From Lytechinus pictus (Eukaryota), in contig NC_087258.1 of assembly GCF_037042905.1 (NCBI RefSeq), positions 806,001 to 870,000 of the forward strand: a stretch of DNA of 64,000 bases. Reading direction: 5' to 3'. Of this stretch, positions 49,653 through 59,654 are shown piece by piece. The notes below the pieces were generated by a model. It saw nothing but the letters and a program-made list of their open reading frames with translations, made no database searches and was not told the origin of the DNA. How positions within the stretch are numbered: position 1 is the stretch's first letter; the number at the start of each line of letters is the position of its first letter. The position numbers and the translations under genes were made by a program.

Positions 49653-50108
49653 ATGGCGAGCACTGGTTATCTCTCGCCTCAAGTCTACACAGATTATTAC
49701 ACTAGCCAAGTAGGGAATGGTGTACCTGTATTCTCCGGAGGAGTGATGCAACAAGGTTTTGGTATTGGAGGTTTACTAGCCAGAGGACTGCGGGCAGCTA
49801 TGCCCCTTTTGAGAAGAGGAACGCAAGCCGTGGTTAAAAAGCTTGCCTTTAGAAAAGGGGGCAATTCATTGGCTCAGAGAGCTGTCAATGCCGGAATCAA
49901 CTTTGCAGCTGGGGCTTTGTCAGATCATCTTGATAAAAAGATCGGTGTTAGGAGGGCTCCCAAAAGAAAACGCGCTACCCGTCGACGACAGGCAACTGTC
50001 AAGAAAAGGCGAGTTGGGTCTAATAAAAAGGGGAAACGTCCAAAAGCATCCAACAGTCGTCCTGGAGTCGCTGCGAAGGCAAGAGCTCGAGATATTTTTG
50101 ACGCCTGA
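49653..50108 (+). CDS. Small basic core / membrane-active virion protein
   Basis: YTDYYTSQVGNG...MQQGFGIGGLLARGLRAAMPLL followed by an Arg/Lys-rich tail and C-terminal DIF. Located between penton and MCP. Confidence 0.8.
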   Translation: MASTGYLSPQVYTDYYTSQVGNGVPVFSGGVMQQGFGIGGLLARGLRAAMPLLRRGTQAVVKKLAFRKGGNSLAQRAVNAGINFAAGALSDHLDKKIGVRRAPKRKRATRRRQATVKKRRVGSNKKGKRPKASNSRPGVAAKARARDIFDA

Positions 50109-50135
50109 GAATAATCGGGAGAAAATCAAAGTACA

Positions 50136-51470
50136 ATGGCCTTTGTCCATAACGATTCGTGCGAGTGTGTCAAATCAGAGTTGGACCTCTTCAGTATTCC
50201 ACCTACTCAAACCAGTATTGAACAAGGGCAATGGATAGAATACCACCCCCTGGCTCAATTTTCAGACGGAGGACCCATCGAGTTTCACATTTCTGGTTCA
50301 GGAAGCGAATACCTAGATCTCACTCAGACACAGGTCTATGTAAAAGCAAAAGTGGTCCATCAGGATGGTACCAATCTTGTGGACGGAGATCAAGTTGGAC
50401 CGGTAAATCTGTTTCTGCACTCCCTCTTCTCACAAGTGGATGTCAGTTTAAACGATCGAGTGATCACGCCTTCTACACCAACCTACCCCTACAGGGCTAT
50501 GATTGAATCATTGCTTCAATATGGGTCAGAAGCCAAGGAGACCCAGCTGACCTCGGCTCTCTTCTACAAAGATACCGCTGGCTGTATGGATAATCCCAAC
50601 CCTCTAGATAATACCGGAGATGCCAACCAAGGTTTGAAGAAGAGACACGGTTACATCAGATCATCCAACAGTTTTGAGATGACGGGGCCGCTTCACTGCG
50701 ATCTATTCTTTCAACCCAAACACCTATTAAATGGTGTAGATGTACGAGTTAAAATGATCAGAAGCAAGGAAGAATTCTCCCTCATGTCTGCAACACCCGA
50801 TGCTCCCTACAAAGTTGTCATTCAAGATTGCTCCCTCTTTGTTCGGAAGGTTAAAGTTTCCCCCTCTGTGATGATAGGGCATGCAAGAGCGCTGGAAAAG
50901 GGAACAGCTAAATATCCAGTCCGACGTGTGATGTGCAAGGTTCTCTCTGTCCCTCGTGGGGAAATGACGTTACAGCAGGACCATCTTTTCCTGGGACAGA
51001 TTCCACAGCGTCTCGTTGTGGGATGTGTAGATAACAATGCTTTCAGTGGCAGTTATGTTCACAATCCGTTCAACTTTCAACACTTTGACGTCAATTACAT
51101 GTCCCTCTACGTAGATGGAACACAAGTTCCATCCAAACCATTAACTCCTGATTACGGACGTATCGCTGGATCGGCTTCAATCAGAGCTTATCATACCCTC
51201 TTTTCAGGAACGGATAAAATGTTCAGGGATTCTGGAAACGATATCAGTAGGGAGGACTACGATCGTGGATACGCACTCTATGCCTTTGACCTCTCCCCTG
51301 ACTTATCATCGGGTCAGCATTTCAACTTGAAAAAGCAAGGAAATCTGCGCTTGGAGATACATTTCAGGAAGAATCTACCACAGGGAGTGAACATTGTTGT
51401 CTATGCAGAATTTGACAACATCCTAGAAATTGACCGAGCCCGCAACGTCCTGTTTGATTATTCTGTGTAA
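50136..51470 (+). CDS. Double jelly-roll major capsid protein
   Basis: 444 aa. ECVKSELDLF.IPPTQTSI, PIEF.ISG....YLDL, LHSLFSQVDV.LN, YPYRA.IE.LL, NPFNFQHF and LYAFDLSPD motifs of the Polinton MCP. Confidence 0.95.
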   Translation: MAFVHNDSCECVKSELDLFSIPPTQTSIEQGQWIEYHPLAQFSDGGPIEFHISGSGSEYLDLTQTQVYVKAKVVHQDGTNLVDGDQVGPVNLFLHSLFSQVDVSLNDRVITPSTPTYPYRAMIESLLQYGSEAKETQLTSALFYKDTAGCMDNPNPLDNTGDANQGLKKRHGYIRSSNSFEMTGPLHCDLFFQPKHLLNGVDVRVKMIRSKEEFSLMSATPDAPYKVVIQDCSLFVRKVKVSPSVMIGHARALEKGTAKYPVRRVMCKVLSVPRGEMTLQQDHLFLGQIPQRLVVGCVDNNAFSGSYVHNPFNFQHFDVNYMSLYVDGTQVPSKPLTPDYGRIAGSASIRAYHTLFSGTDKMFRDSGNDISREDYDRGYALYAFDLSPDLSSGQHFNLKKQGNLRLEIHFRKNLPQGVNIVVYAEFDNILEIDRARNVLFDYSV

Positions 51471-51472
51471 AT

Positions 51473-52000
51473 ATGTATGCTTCCGATATTGATCGCATCA
51501 TGAGGAATGATACAGCAGTGGGAGGAATCTACGAGGGCGTTTATCCCTCCGATCGATTGATCATGGAAGCAGTGCCCCGACCTTCAGCTTATGTTGTTAA
51601 CCTAGACCCAGCCCATAAACCTGGAAGCCATTGGATCGGTATATTCATGGATAGCTCTGGAAATTCAGATTATTTTGACTCTTATGGAATCCCCCCACCC
51701 CCTGGAAAAATTCGGAAATTCTTACGTCAACATACGGATGGTCGAACCGGATGGAACCGCTTCAAGCTTCAGGGAGACTATTCCACAGTCTGCGGACAGT
51801 ATGTGATATTCTTCTTAACCCAACGTGCCAGGGGTAGAAATATGGATTCTGTCATTCGCAAATTTTCTTTGGATACGGATTTGAACGATCATCTTATCCG
51901 AGATTTTGTCCGAACTAACTATGGTTATGATCAACCGGTACATCAAACACACTTTCTGGATGACCAACTATCAAAGGCTGTTTATCCTTTGTTTCTTTGA
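51473..52000 (+). CDS. Adenain-like (Ulp1/C5 family) cysteine maturation protease
   Basis: VNLDP..KPGSHW (His), YFDSYG (Asp), LQ...STVCGQY (Gln/Cys). Confidence 0.93.
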   Translation: MYASDIDRIMRNDTAVGGIYEGVYPSDRLIMEAVPRPSAYVVNLDPAHKPGSHWIGIFMDSSGNSDYFDSYGIPPPPGKIRKFLRQHTDGRTGWNRFKLQGDYSTVCGQYVIFFLTQRARGRNMDSVIRKFSLDTDLNDHLIRDFVRTNYGYDQPVHQTHFLDDQLSKAVYPLFL

Positions 52001-52053
52001 TTTGTCATACGTATATAACATGTAAATATTGTTGTTTTGCTGTGATGAAAAAA

Positions 52054-52549
52054 AATAAAAATAAAGATGTAAATAGTATTTTCTTTGCTTCCCATGTCTC
52101 CTTATTTTAGTCATCAAAGTGTCTCGTTCTCCGATTTAACGTATACATTGCATACACACAGCCATACTGATACAGCCCAACAAATATTTGCAAACCTTTC
52201 TCGTGTACAAGAAAAGTTTTACAACCTCTTTTTCTTTTAAGCAAAACTTTTTTTCTCTCTCCCCCTCTCTTCTTTTTTATTCTCTCTTACCTCTCTCTCC
52301 TTTCCTCTTTATCCCCCCACCCTCTCTTCATCTTTTTTCATTAGATAAATACAATCCACGCCTAAGAAGTAAGACAAAGACCTTGCTTTACACTTCAATA
52401 ATAACTTTATTACATGTATTTACTCTATTTACATGAATCTTTCAAATAGGCCATTCGCATTTCCATACGATTATCTTACAACATGAATGCATGATAGTCA
52501 AACACTTGCCATAAATATGATCTAGAGATTGAAGATTTTACAGTTTATT
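52054..52549. terminator. Convergent polyadenylation region between the structural block and the right-arm genes
   Basis: Tandem AATAAA on + (52054-52065) followed by a T-rich tract. AATAAA on - at 52549-52544, just past the stop of ORF 52555-53139. Confidence 0.5.
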
Positions 52550-52554
52550 TACAT

Positions 52555-53139
52555 CTAAAAATCAAGACGCTGAGGGGATATAGTATATTCTTCTTCCCCT
52601 TCCTCTTCCTCGGATGTTTCAGAATCATCGTCTAATTTATCGATATACATCTCACGAATATCATCATCAAATGAAGGGGATTCAAATTTCCTATCCTTAA
52701 CATTGTACAGATCTACAATATCCTGGTGCCTAACGCAATCAAAACCGGGGGTTTTCTCATACCATTGCTCATAGGTATTTAGGAAATAGTCCACATCATC
52801 AACATATTTGACAAGGAGTTCCCTTACAAGTGTATTCCACGTACCAGTTGGACAGAGAAAGACATCACTCTGATCTGTTACAATGTGGGCATAAAATACT
52901 TTCCATTCCTTTAACAGTTTTCCTTTATCAATTTTCCTGAATACCTTTACAACCCCTGGTTCAATAAGTTCAGAGATCGTTATATTGTTCCAGTGATAAG
53001 GCATTTTGTAGTTTAGACATGCGTGGTAGGACGATGGATAGTGATGGAGGCAACCGTCGCAATCTGCCTGGCTCGGTATCATCAAGCTGGAGATCTTTCG
53101 GAATAGCTCTACTACTACGAACCCCTCCAGTATCTTCAT
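52555..53139 (-). CDS. Polinton accessory protein with a CxGC-x4-PS-x2-HxC putative metal-binding motif and acidic tail
   Basis: 194-aa ORF containing QADCDGCLHHYPSSYHACL and DDDSETSEEEEGEEE. Splice acceptor TATTCCATTTTAG at 53157 with the frame open to the ATG. Confidence 0.7.
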   Translation of the reverse strand: MKILEGFVVVELFRKISSLMIPSQADCDGCLHHYPSSYHACLNYKMPYHWNNITISELIEPGVVKVFRKIDKGKLLKEWKVFYAHIVTDQSDVFLCPTGTWNTLVRELLVKYVDDVDYFLNTYEQWYEKTPGFDCVRHQDIVDLYNVKDRKFESPSFDDDIREMYIDKLDDDSETSEEEEGEEEYTISPQRLDF

Positions 53140-53266
53140 GAATCGCTTGCCATTTTCTAAAATGGAATAAATATAGAAAGAACATACGCATAGCTATGTG
53201 GGACATGTTACTATAAAGCAATATTGTACGACTACAATATCAAGGATGTGTATGATGGATCAGCGT

Positions 53267-54382
53267 CTAAGATTTATTGTTTTGTAACAGCTGAAATCTC
53301 TTCCTATCAATGGCTTTGTGGATGCCCGGTACGGCTGCTGCCAGGTTGAGCCAATTCTCCCTGGTTAGATTTATGCCCTTCCGTCCAGCCATCATGCGGG
53401 TCCCATGGTGACCAATATTATAGTACTCTCTCACGTTCACGTAGATCTCCTTGTTAAACGTTTTCACCACAGCAAAACGCTTACCCCCTAGAGGAACGGC
53501 GTGGACGTCTTCCGGGAATCCTTCAACTTTTCCGTCGTCATCGACTTTTTTCCTCGGGGCTTCTGAGATACTGGCTGGGATCTCTAGCTTCAGCTGCTTC
53601 CTTGCCTTCTTTGCTGCAGCGTGGTCTTTCTCCGCGATCTCAACGGACTGGAAGGTCAATGAAACGAAAATACAAAATTATGGATATAAAATATAAAAAC
53701 AATAATAGAAAAAATGAATGACCGACCACCCGATTAAACCAAGGTAGCAACTGAAACTCGTTTCCAAGTGAATTCTGTATAACAAAACTCAAATTTCATG
53801 AAACAGACTCTCTATCCTTAATGAACATGTCCGGTTAATATTTGTAATACATGCAGATTAAATATTAAACAATTATAATTTTTGCATGCATACTACCATC
53901 TGGTATATCAACATTATACGTACACCCTCATGGACATATGCATGAGTACAAATATAGTAAATACGACCTTTTTCACACAAACATCATGGCATTACACTTA
54001 CCGTGGATGCTTTCCTCTTATCCGGTGTGGAGACTGGCGTGGGTGTCCCTTCGGGGAAGCGGAAGATGTCTTTAGTGTGGTGGGCAGCTACTGGAGTTGG
54101 GGGTGGGTGCAGACCTGCTGGCATAGAAGGCAGTATAGGTCTCTGCTCCATAGATGGAGGGTGTTGAGACAATCTTGTCACCGTGCTACTGTCTTTGTCT
54201 GATTCCTCTTCTATTGCTGGGGACGGACTTTCCCACTGCGTAACACCCGTCGAAGTGTTAAAATAATATGCCTTGTTCTCTCGCGAACTAAACCCCACCT
54301 GCCATCCCTCTTGCAATTCTTTGGAGGCCAACTTGAGTTCGGCTTCGAATACGCTTCCACAGGCATTTGAAATATCCGTCAT
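53267..54382 (-). CDS. Spliced WW-domain + PC4-like ssDNA-binding fusion protein (about 253 aa)
   Basis: Exon 54382-54002 carries WW (LQEGWQVGFSSRENKAYYFNTSTGVTQWESP) and donor ACG|GTAAGT. Exon 53647-53267 has acceptor TGACCTTCCAG and PC4 (LGGKRFAVVKTFNKEIYVNVREYY...GRKGINLTRENWLNL). Phase 0, in frame. Confidence 0.85.
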
Positions 54383-54472
54383 GGTAGGGTATGATAGAAA
54401 CTGTAACAGAAATCTGGTGACAGCTGCGATACGTGCGGTTGTACAGGTGGTGTGTCGTAAAATGAGGAGAAT

Positions 54473-54612
54473 TTCAAATTTCCCGCTTATATGACTTACT
54501 TCGCGTTGCTACGCAGAGGATCACGTGTTTGACACGACCAATGGGATTGTAAGCATAAGCAACGTCATAAACATTTCCACCAATCGTGTGGAAGAAAACT
54601 GTGGAGCACGTG
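54473..54612 (-). promoter_or_regulatory. Putative promoter of the WW-PC4 gene: TATA + E2F/CDE-CHR, CCAAT and E-boxes
   Basis: Minus strand TATAA-GCGG-GAAA-TTTGAA (54491-54473). CACGTG at 54522 and 54607, CCAAT at 54538 and 54580. Confidence 0.5.
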
Positions 54613-54634
54613 CTTTGCTGTTTGACCAAACAAC

Positions 54635-55271
54635 GTTGCTATGTTTTCCCGTTCTTAAGCAACTATTCAAGTTTTCTTATTGTTTCATCCGTCCCCGTTT
54701 CTAATTTTAACCTTCAAACAATAGAAATGGGTTAAAAATACATCCAATCAATTTTGTTTACCTTGTTGCTGGGTTTTTGTTTATCTTGTTGCTAGGAAAC
54801 ATACCCTGGACATGTCACCAACCCTGTCGCATGCATATTTATTAGACCCTCTATTGTGCACTTACTTTGATTTTCGACCGCTCATGCGTATTCATGAGAC
54901 CCTCTATTGTGCACTTACTTTCATTTTCGACTGCTCATGCATATTCATTAGACCCTCTATTGTGCACTTACTTTCATTTTCGACCGCTCATGCATATTCA
55001 TGAGACCCTCTATTGTGCACTTACTTTGATTTTCGACTGCTCATGCATATTCATTAAAACCTCTATTGTGCACCTACTTGGACTAGGAGGTCTCCCATTG
55101 TTCCCTTTGTTTATCCACGATACCCTTCTTTTGTTCTACTCATGAATATTCATCGTGTGATGTCATCTTGCCATTCATATCCTCCATTGTTATGCAAATT
55201 AACTATTACGTCATATTCCATTGTTATGCTAATTTGCCCATTGTGCACTTACTTGGACTTCCTCTTTCTCT
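54635..55271 (-). repeat. Right terminal inverted repeat (637 bp)
   Basis: Reverse complement of the left TIR plus two extra 53-bp units (106 bp). Ends CTTGGACTTCCTCTTTCTCT. Confidence 0.95.
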
Positions 55272-55572
55272 AACCATAAAGTACTAAATGCTAATTGCAG
55301 AAGTTCAGGGAGGAATTAATCATTGATTCACTCGAAAATAAGAATATTTCATATAATAAAATACACAAGAAATATTGTGAGTGGATGCGTCATCAGTCTC
55401 ATTTGCATACCAACCAGGATGTGCATATAACTGTTTTGTGAAATTAAGCAGAAACTTTCAAATGTAGCTTTCTTATTCTTAAATCCGATTTTGATGAAAT
55501 TCTCAGTTTTAATCTTGTTGGATTTTTTCTCTTTTTATTCAAATCAACTTTTTGTTGGAGTGAACATGTCCT
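55272..55572. mobile_element. Right half of the interrupted Kolobok/T2-like MITE
   Basis: Resumes exactly where the left half stopped (compare 23455-23773) and ends ...TGTCCT-TTAA. Confidence 0.85.
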
Positions 55573-57619
55573 TTAATTTACAAATGTCAAGTGTGTTCGA
55601 AACCAACTATTGTAGGCCTACATGTACTACTCTACAACTAAGTAGACTGAATTTGGTTTTAGCAATAAATCAGTGCCATAACTTAATGACAGAACATATT
55701 TATCCGATTTTTGTATATTTCTTCTAAAAGAAGAGTTTCTTAAAGGCTAATCTTTCGAATTCAAATCATGAACAAAAATACAACATATAGGCCTATATCA
55801 CAGGGAATTTCATCAAAATGGGTTGTATAATAATGGATATGGCATTTTATAGACAAGCAAAGTTTCAGCAAAAGTGGTGAAAATCGGGAGCCGGTCCCGG
55901 GGAGCCAGTTAAGACCAACGCGATCTTTTTCATTAGCATTTAATTATACAAAATTTAGAATAATCAGGGATTTATATTAAAATGATATAAATTATGTGCC
56001 GGACATTGGTTTCTTACACATTTGCATACCAACACCGTTAAGCATCTGCTCATTTACACACAAGGGAGTTTCGTATTCTAAATACGCTATAGAAAATGTT
56101 AGAATGAGTTACTTTATAAGACAATGCCTTTAATTGGACAATAAACATTAAAATATGCCAACCCCAAACATATTTTGACCTAGGGGTATGTAAGCCGTAA
56201 ATCATGTTCCATCAACCAACCTGTTCAACCCTTCCTCCTTCCTAATAAACACAGCAACCTACATACAGCGTCCCAATACCATGGCAACGGGCATGGCGGG
56301 GTCATTGGCATGTACCAGTTACCGTGCGTCTACAAACCCCCACGGGTTAACGCAACGGCTCAGGCACGTTCCAAAGATTAGGAATTAAAGGATTTGTAAA
56401 TCCCTAGCTAGGGTATAGGATCGACAATAAATCGAGAGCAATCGTAGATCAACTGAATTCATCCTGATTTCGTCTGGAAATCCCCATGATAAAGAAAATA
56501 TAATTTTGTGTATGCTATTTTGCAAACATAACCAATTACCTGAATAATGTGTTTCATGAATTACGTCTAATATCTTATACTGTTATAGCACGATTAATTA
56601 AGCATGATCATCGTTTGGTAATTGGCCTATATACATCTACCTCTACAAGTAACCATTCTAAATCAATGTCTGGCTCGGAAAGAGGATGATAATATCCATG
56701 TAAATATGGTAGAATATCCCTGAAAATATGATAAAGTATAAAGCTTTCTTTACAAGCGTTCATCCCGGGACACATGCAGAGCAAAAATGCTAAACGTAAT
56801 AATAATTTCGCTTGCATCTAAAGGTTTATTGCAATATACATTAAAGCATGATAAATTCATATATAAATTGTCTTCACTGCAAATTTGATTAATAGACATC
56901 AAAATATACAGGAGCAGATCGAGATGTAGGTAAAATGAGCGAAACATTTTGAGGGGACAGAACATGGCGTACATGTATATGCATGGGGCAACATGAATAC
57001 TTCAAAGGTCATGTGGGAACAAACGTTTTGACCTTCTAAAATGAAATTCTGATTTTGTGATAGATTTTTCGATAACCCTTTTCTTACTTTGGTCTGGAAG
57101 ATTTTGGGAGCAAATGCCACCCCCCCCCCCCCCCCCAAAAAAAAAAAAAAAAATTAATAACAAACAATATCTTTACGGTAATTCACTGGAAGAAATACTT
57201 TAAATTCTTTAAAAAGTATAAATGAAGTAAAAAAAAAAATCATAGGGTTAATAAGTCATAAAAATGTTCATAAAAGTACTGCTGGAAATTCGGACATGAA
57301 AATGAGCCTTCTATCGTCCCGTATTCAAAGAAAGCAATAGGAAATCTCAAATTGTTTGCTCTAGAACGTCAAAAGTCAAACAAGGCACACATTTTAGGCA
57401 AAATGAATGGGGTAGCCACACCTATAGGAGACCTATTCCCGATAGCACCAAACGATTTCCTTTTTCCGAACTTTGAGGTATCGGAAAGAATGGGGTAGGT
57501 GTAGCTGGTGTGACTGCTTCGCCAGAGTTACAGCAGGGAGTAACTGCAACTCCCTGGTTACAGTAACCATGACCAAAATTCGACGGGGTTCATGCAAGGC
57601 ATCAACTGGACCATAACAG

Positions 57620-57658
57620 CTGACTCTCTCCCCCTCCCCCTCGCTTTACCTCTCTCTC

Positions 57659-57697
<39 letters not shown>
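57620..57697. repeat. (CT)n microsatellite
   Basis: Direct reading. Confidence 0.8.
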
Positions 57698-57700
<3 letters not shown>

Positions 57701-58189
57701 AGTGGTAATAACCTTGCCCTCCTCCTCCCCTATCCTCTTGGCGCCTTCCTAAGTATGATGGATGGAGCGTGGGCAAGATTAACATTTACCCCGCCAAGAA
57801 TTGCAATCATTTTGGTCTCATTTTTGTATGATTTCGAGAACCCGCAAGTGACACAAGGTTCGTTTTATACAGCATGGTTGGAATCAGGCAAGCCATGGTG
57901 TCATGGACGTGATGGCCGAGCAAAAGTAAAGATTAAAAATTCAAATGCAAGCAAATATTTGAACCACTGATTCGAAGATAGTCATGAGTTAAAAATGTTA
58001 AAAGAGCACATAATTTTTTCATGCTGTAATACCTGTATATAATTAATATTATGAATATTTATAATGATCTCATTATATAGTATTTTTATGGCTTGCAGAT
58101 CATTTACCTCTGTCAATGTATCAAGATAAGTCCCATCCACACATCCCATGTATGTACTCACTCCACTCCCTGGGGAGCAGGAAGGCGTT

Positions 58190-58468
58190 ATATAATAATA
58201 ATAATAATAGCTGGATCTATAAAGCCCTTTTGGCCTGAGGATATAAAGCGCTGCTATCATTACCCCGGCTTTAGCTCGAGCTACCATCACCGGCGCTCAG
58301 TGCATGCAAGGAATTACTCCTGCTGGGTACCCATTCAGCTCACCTGGGTCGAGTGCAGCACAGTGTGGATAAATTTCTTGCTGAAGGAAAACACGCCATG
58401 GCTAGGATTCGAACCCACGACCCTCTGTTTCAAAGGCGAAAGTCAGAACCACTAGACCACGATGCACT
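58190..58468 (-). mobile_element. tRNA-derived SINE with (ATT)n tail
   Basis: Minus strand: A box GTGGTCTAGTGG, B box GGTTCGAATCC, a body shared with 10375-10560, and a TTA-repeat tail. Confidence 0.85.
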
Positions 58469-59497
58469 AATACTTGAAAATCATATATTTAGCACCGGAC
58501 TTAATAATTGAAGGAAAGGTCGGGCGGTACGTAGGCCTATAGGTGATGTCACGAAATTATAAGCATTCTTAAGACAAACTCGTTTTACAAGCTTGAATCC
58601 TAGATCAGTTGTGGCTGTGTCTGTCTGCAGAGAAGTCACGCATATACTGTATGAAATTTCCCTATTGTACGTTTAGTTTGAGCAGAGAATAGTCAAAACA
58701 CCTATTCTAATAAGGCCTTTGAAGTAATACACAAAAAAAATATTATTAACCCTCGTTTTGGGCTTTTCTCATTGTGATGAGAGGATAAAAAATAATACCT
58801 CCAAGAAAAACCTGAAAACAAAAGGAAGTAAATCATGAAACGTATTTTATTTCATTTTCGAATCTTTATATTCATATTCAGTTTCGTTTCTTCTCACATT
58901 GTTGTGTTATATCCATGTGAGTACGATATGTGCGTTCCAATTGTCTATTCCATTGTCTATTTTCATTGTCTATATTTCTTATATCAAGTCACCTATGCAT
59001 TTTACGAACCACTTTGAGCTGCTTCCCTAAATCTCATAAGAAATATAATCTCTTTGTCAAATAGATTATCAGCACACTGGATCTTTTGGACAAATTTGAA
59101 CACCATTTTCTTGCAAAATGTTTGCATTTCGAAACTTATCCTGACCGGCACCTGTTCGCCGGACGGTCACTTTCATGTTTTTAGGCTTACTTGGTCCGCT
59201 GTCTTTCACTTTATTTTTAAACTTATTCTGTTTTACTACCTCTTCCGGTTTTTTTTTGGGGGGTAGGGGGGGATGGCCCTTTTTATTTTGTTTCTGCCCT
59301 TCATTTGTCTATATTGCTTCATCTTATTTTCTCATATTTTGCATTCTTCTCTTCCTCCCCTTTCTTCTCCTGCTTATTCTCCTTCTTTTTCTTCTTTTTC
59401 TTGTTTTCGTCGTTTTTTTCGTCTTCTACCACTTTCATCTTTCTATCACTCGTTTCTGTTTCCCTTTTCTTCTCATTATTTCTTTATATTTATGTAT

Positions 59498-59654
59498 NNN
59501 NNNNNNNNNNNNNNNNNNNNNNNNNNNNNNNNNNNNNNNNNNNNNNNNNNNNNNNNNNNNNNNNNNNNNNNNNNNNNNNNNNNNNNNNNNNNNNNNNNNN
59601 NNNNNNNNNNNNNNNNNNNNNNNNNNNNNNNNNNNNNNNNNNNNNNNNNNNNNN
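59498..59654. other. Assembly gap (157 N)
   Basis: Run of N. Confidence 1.

Larger units (their letters stand above)
38871..55271. mobile_element. Complete Polinton/Maverick (adintovirus-like endogenous virus), 16,401 bp
   Basis: AG...CT termini, long near-identical TIRs, 6-bp TSD AACCAT (38865-38870, 55272-55277). Intact pPolB, ATPase, integrase, penton, MCP and protease ORFs. Confidence 0.98.

Noticed and set aside
54830-55075. 53-bp repeats as a CRISPR-like array
   Set aside because: Units are contiguous with no unique spacers, the context is eukaryotic, and there are no cas genes.
58400-58468. tRNA genes here and at 38440-38495 and 37740-37800
   Set aside because: A/B boxes continue into SINE bodies and simple-repeat tails, with no full cloverleaf.
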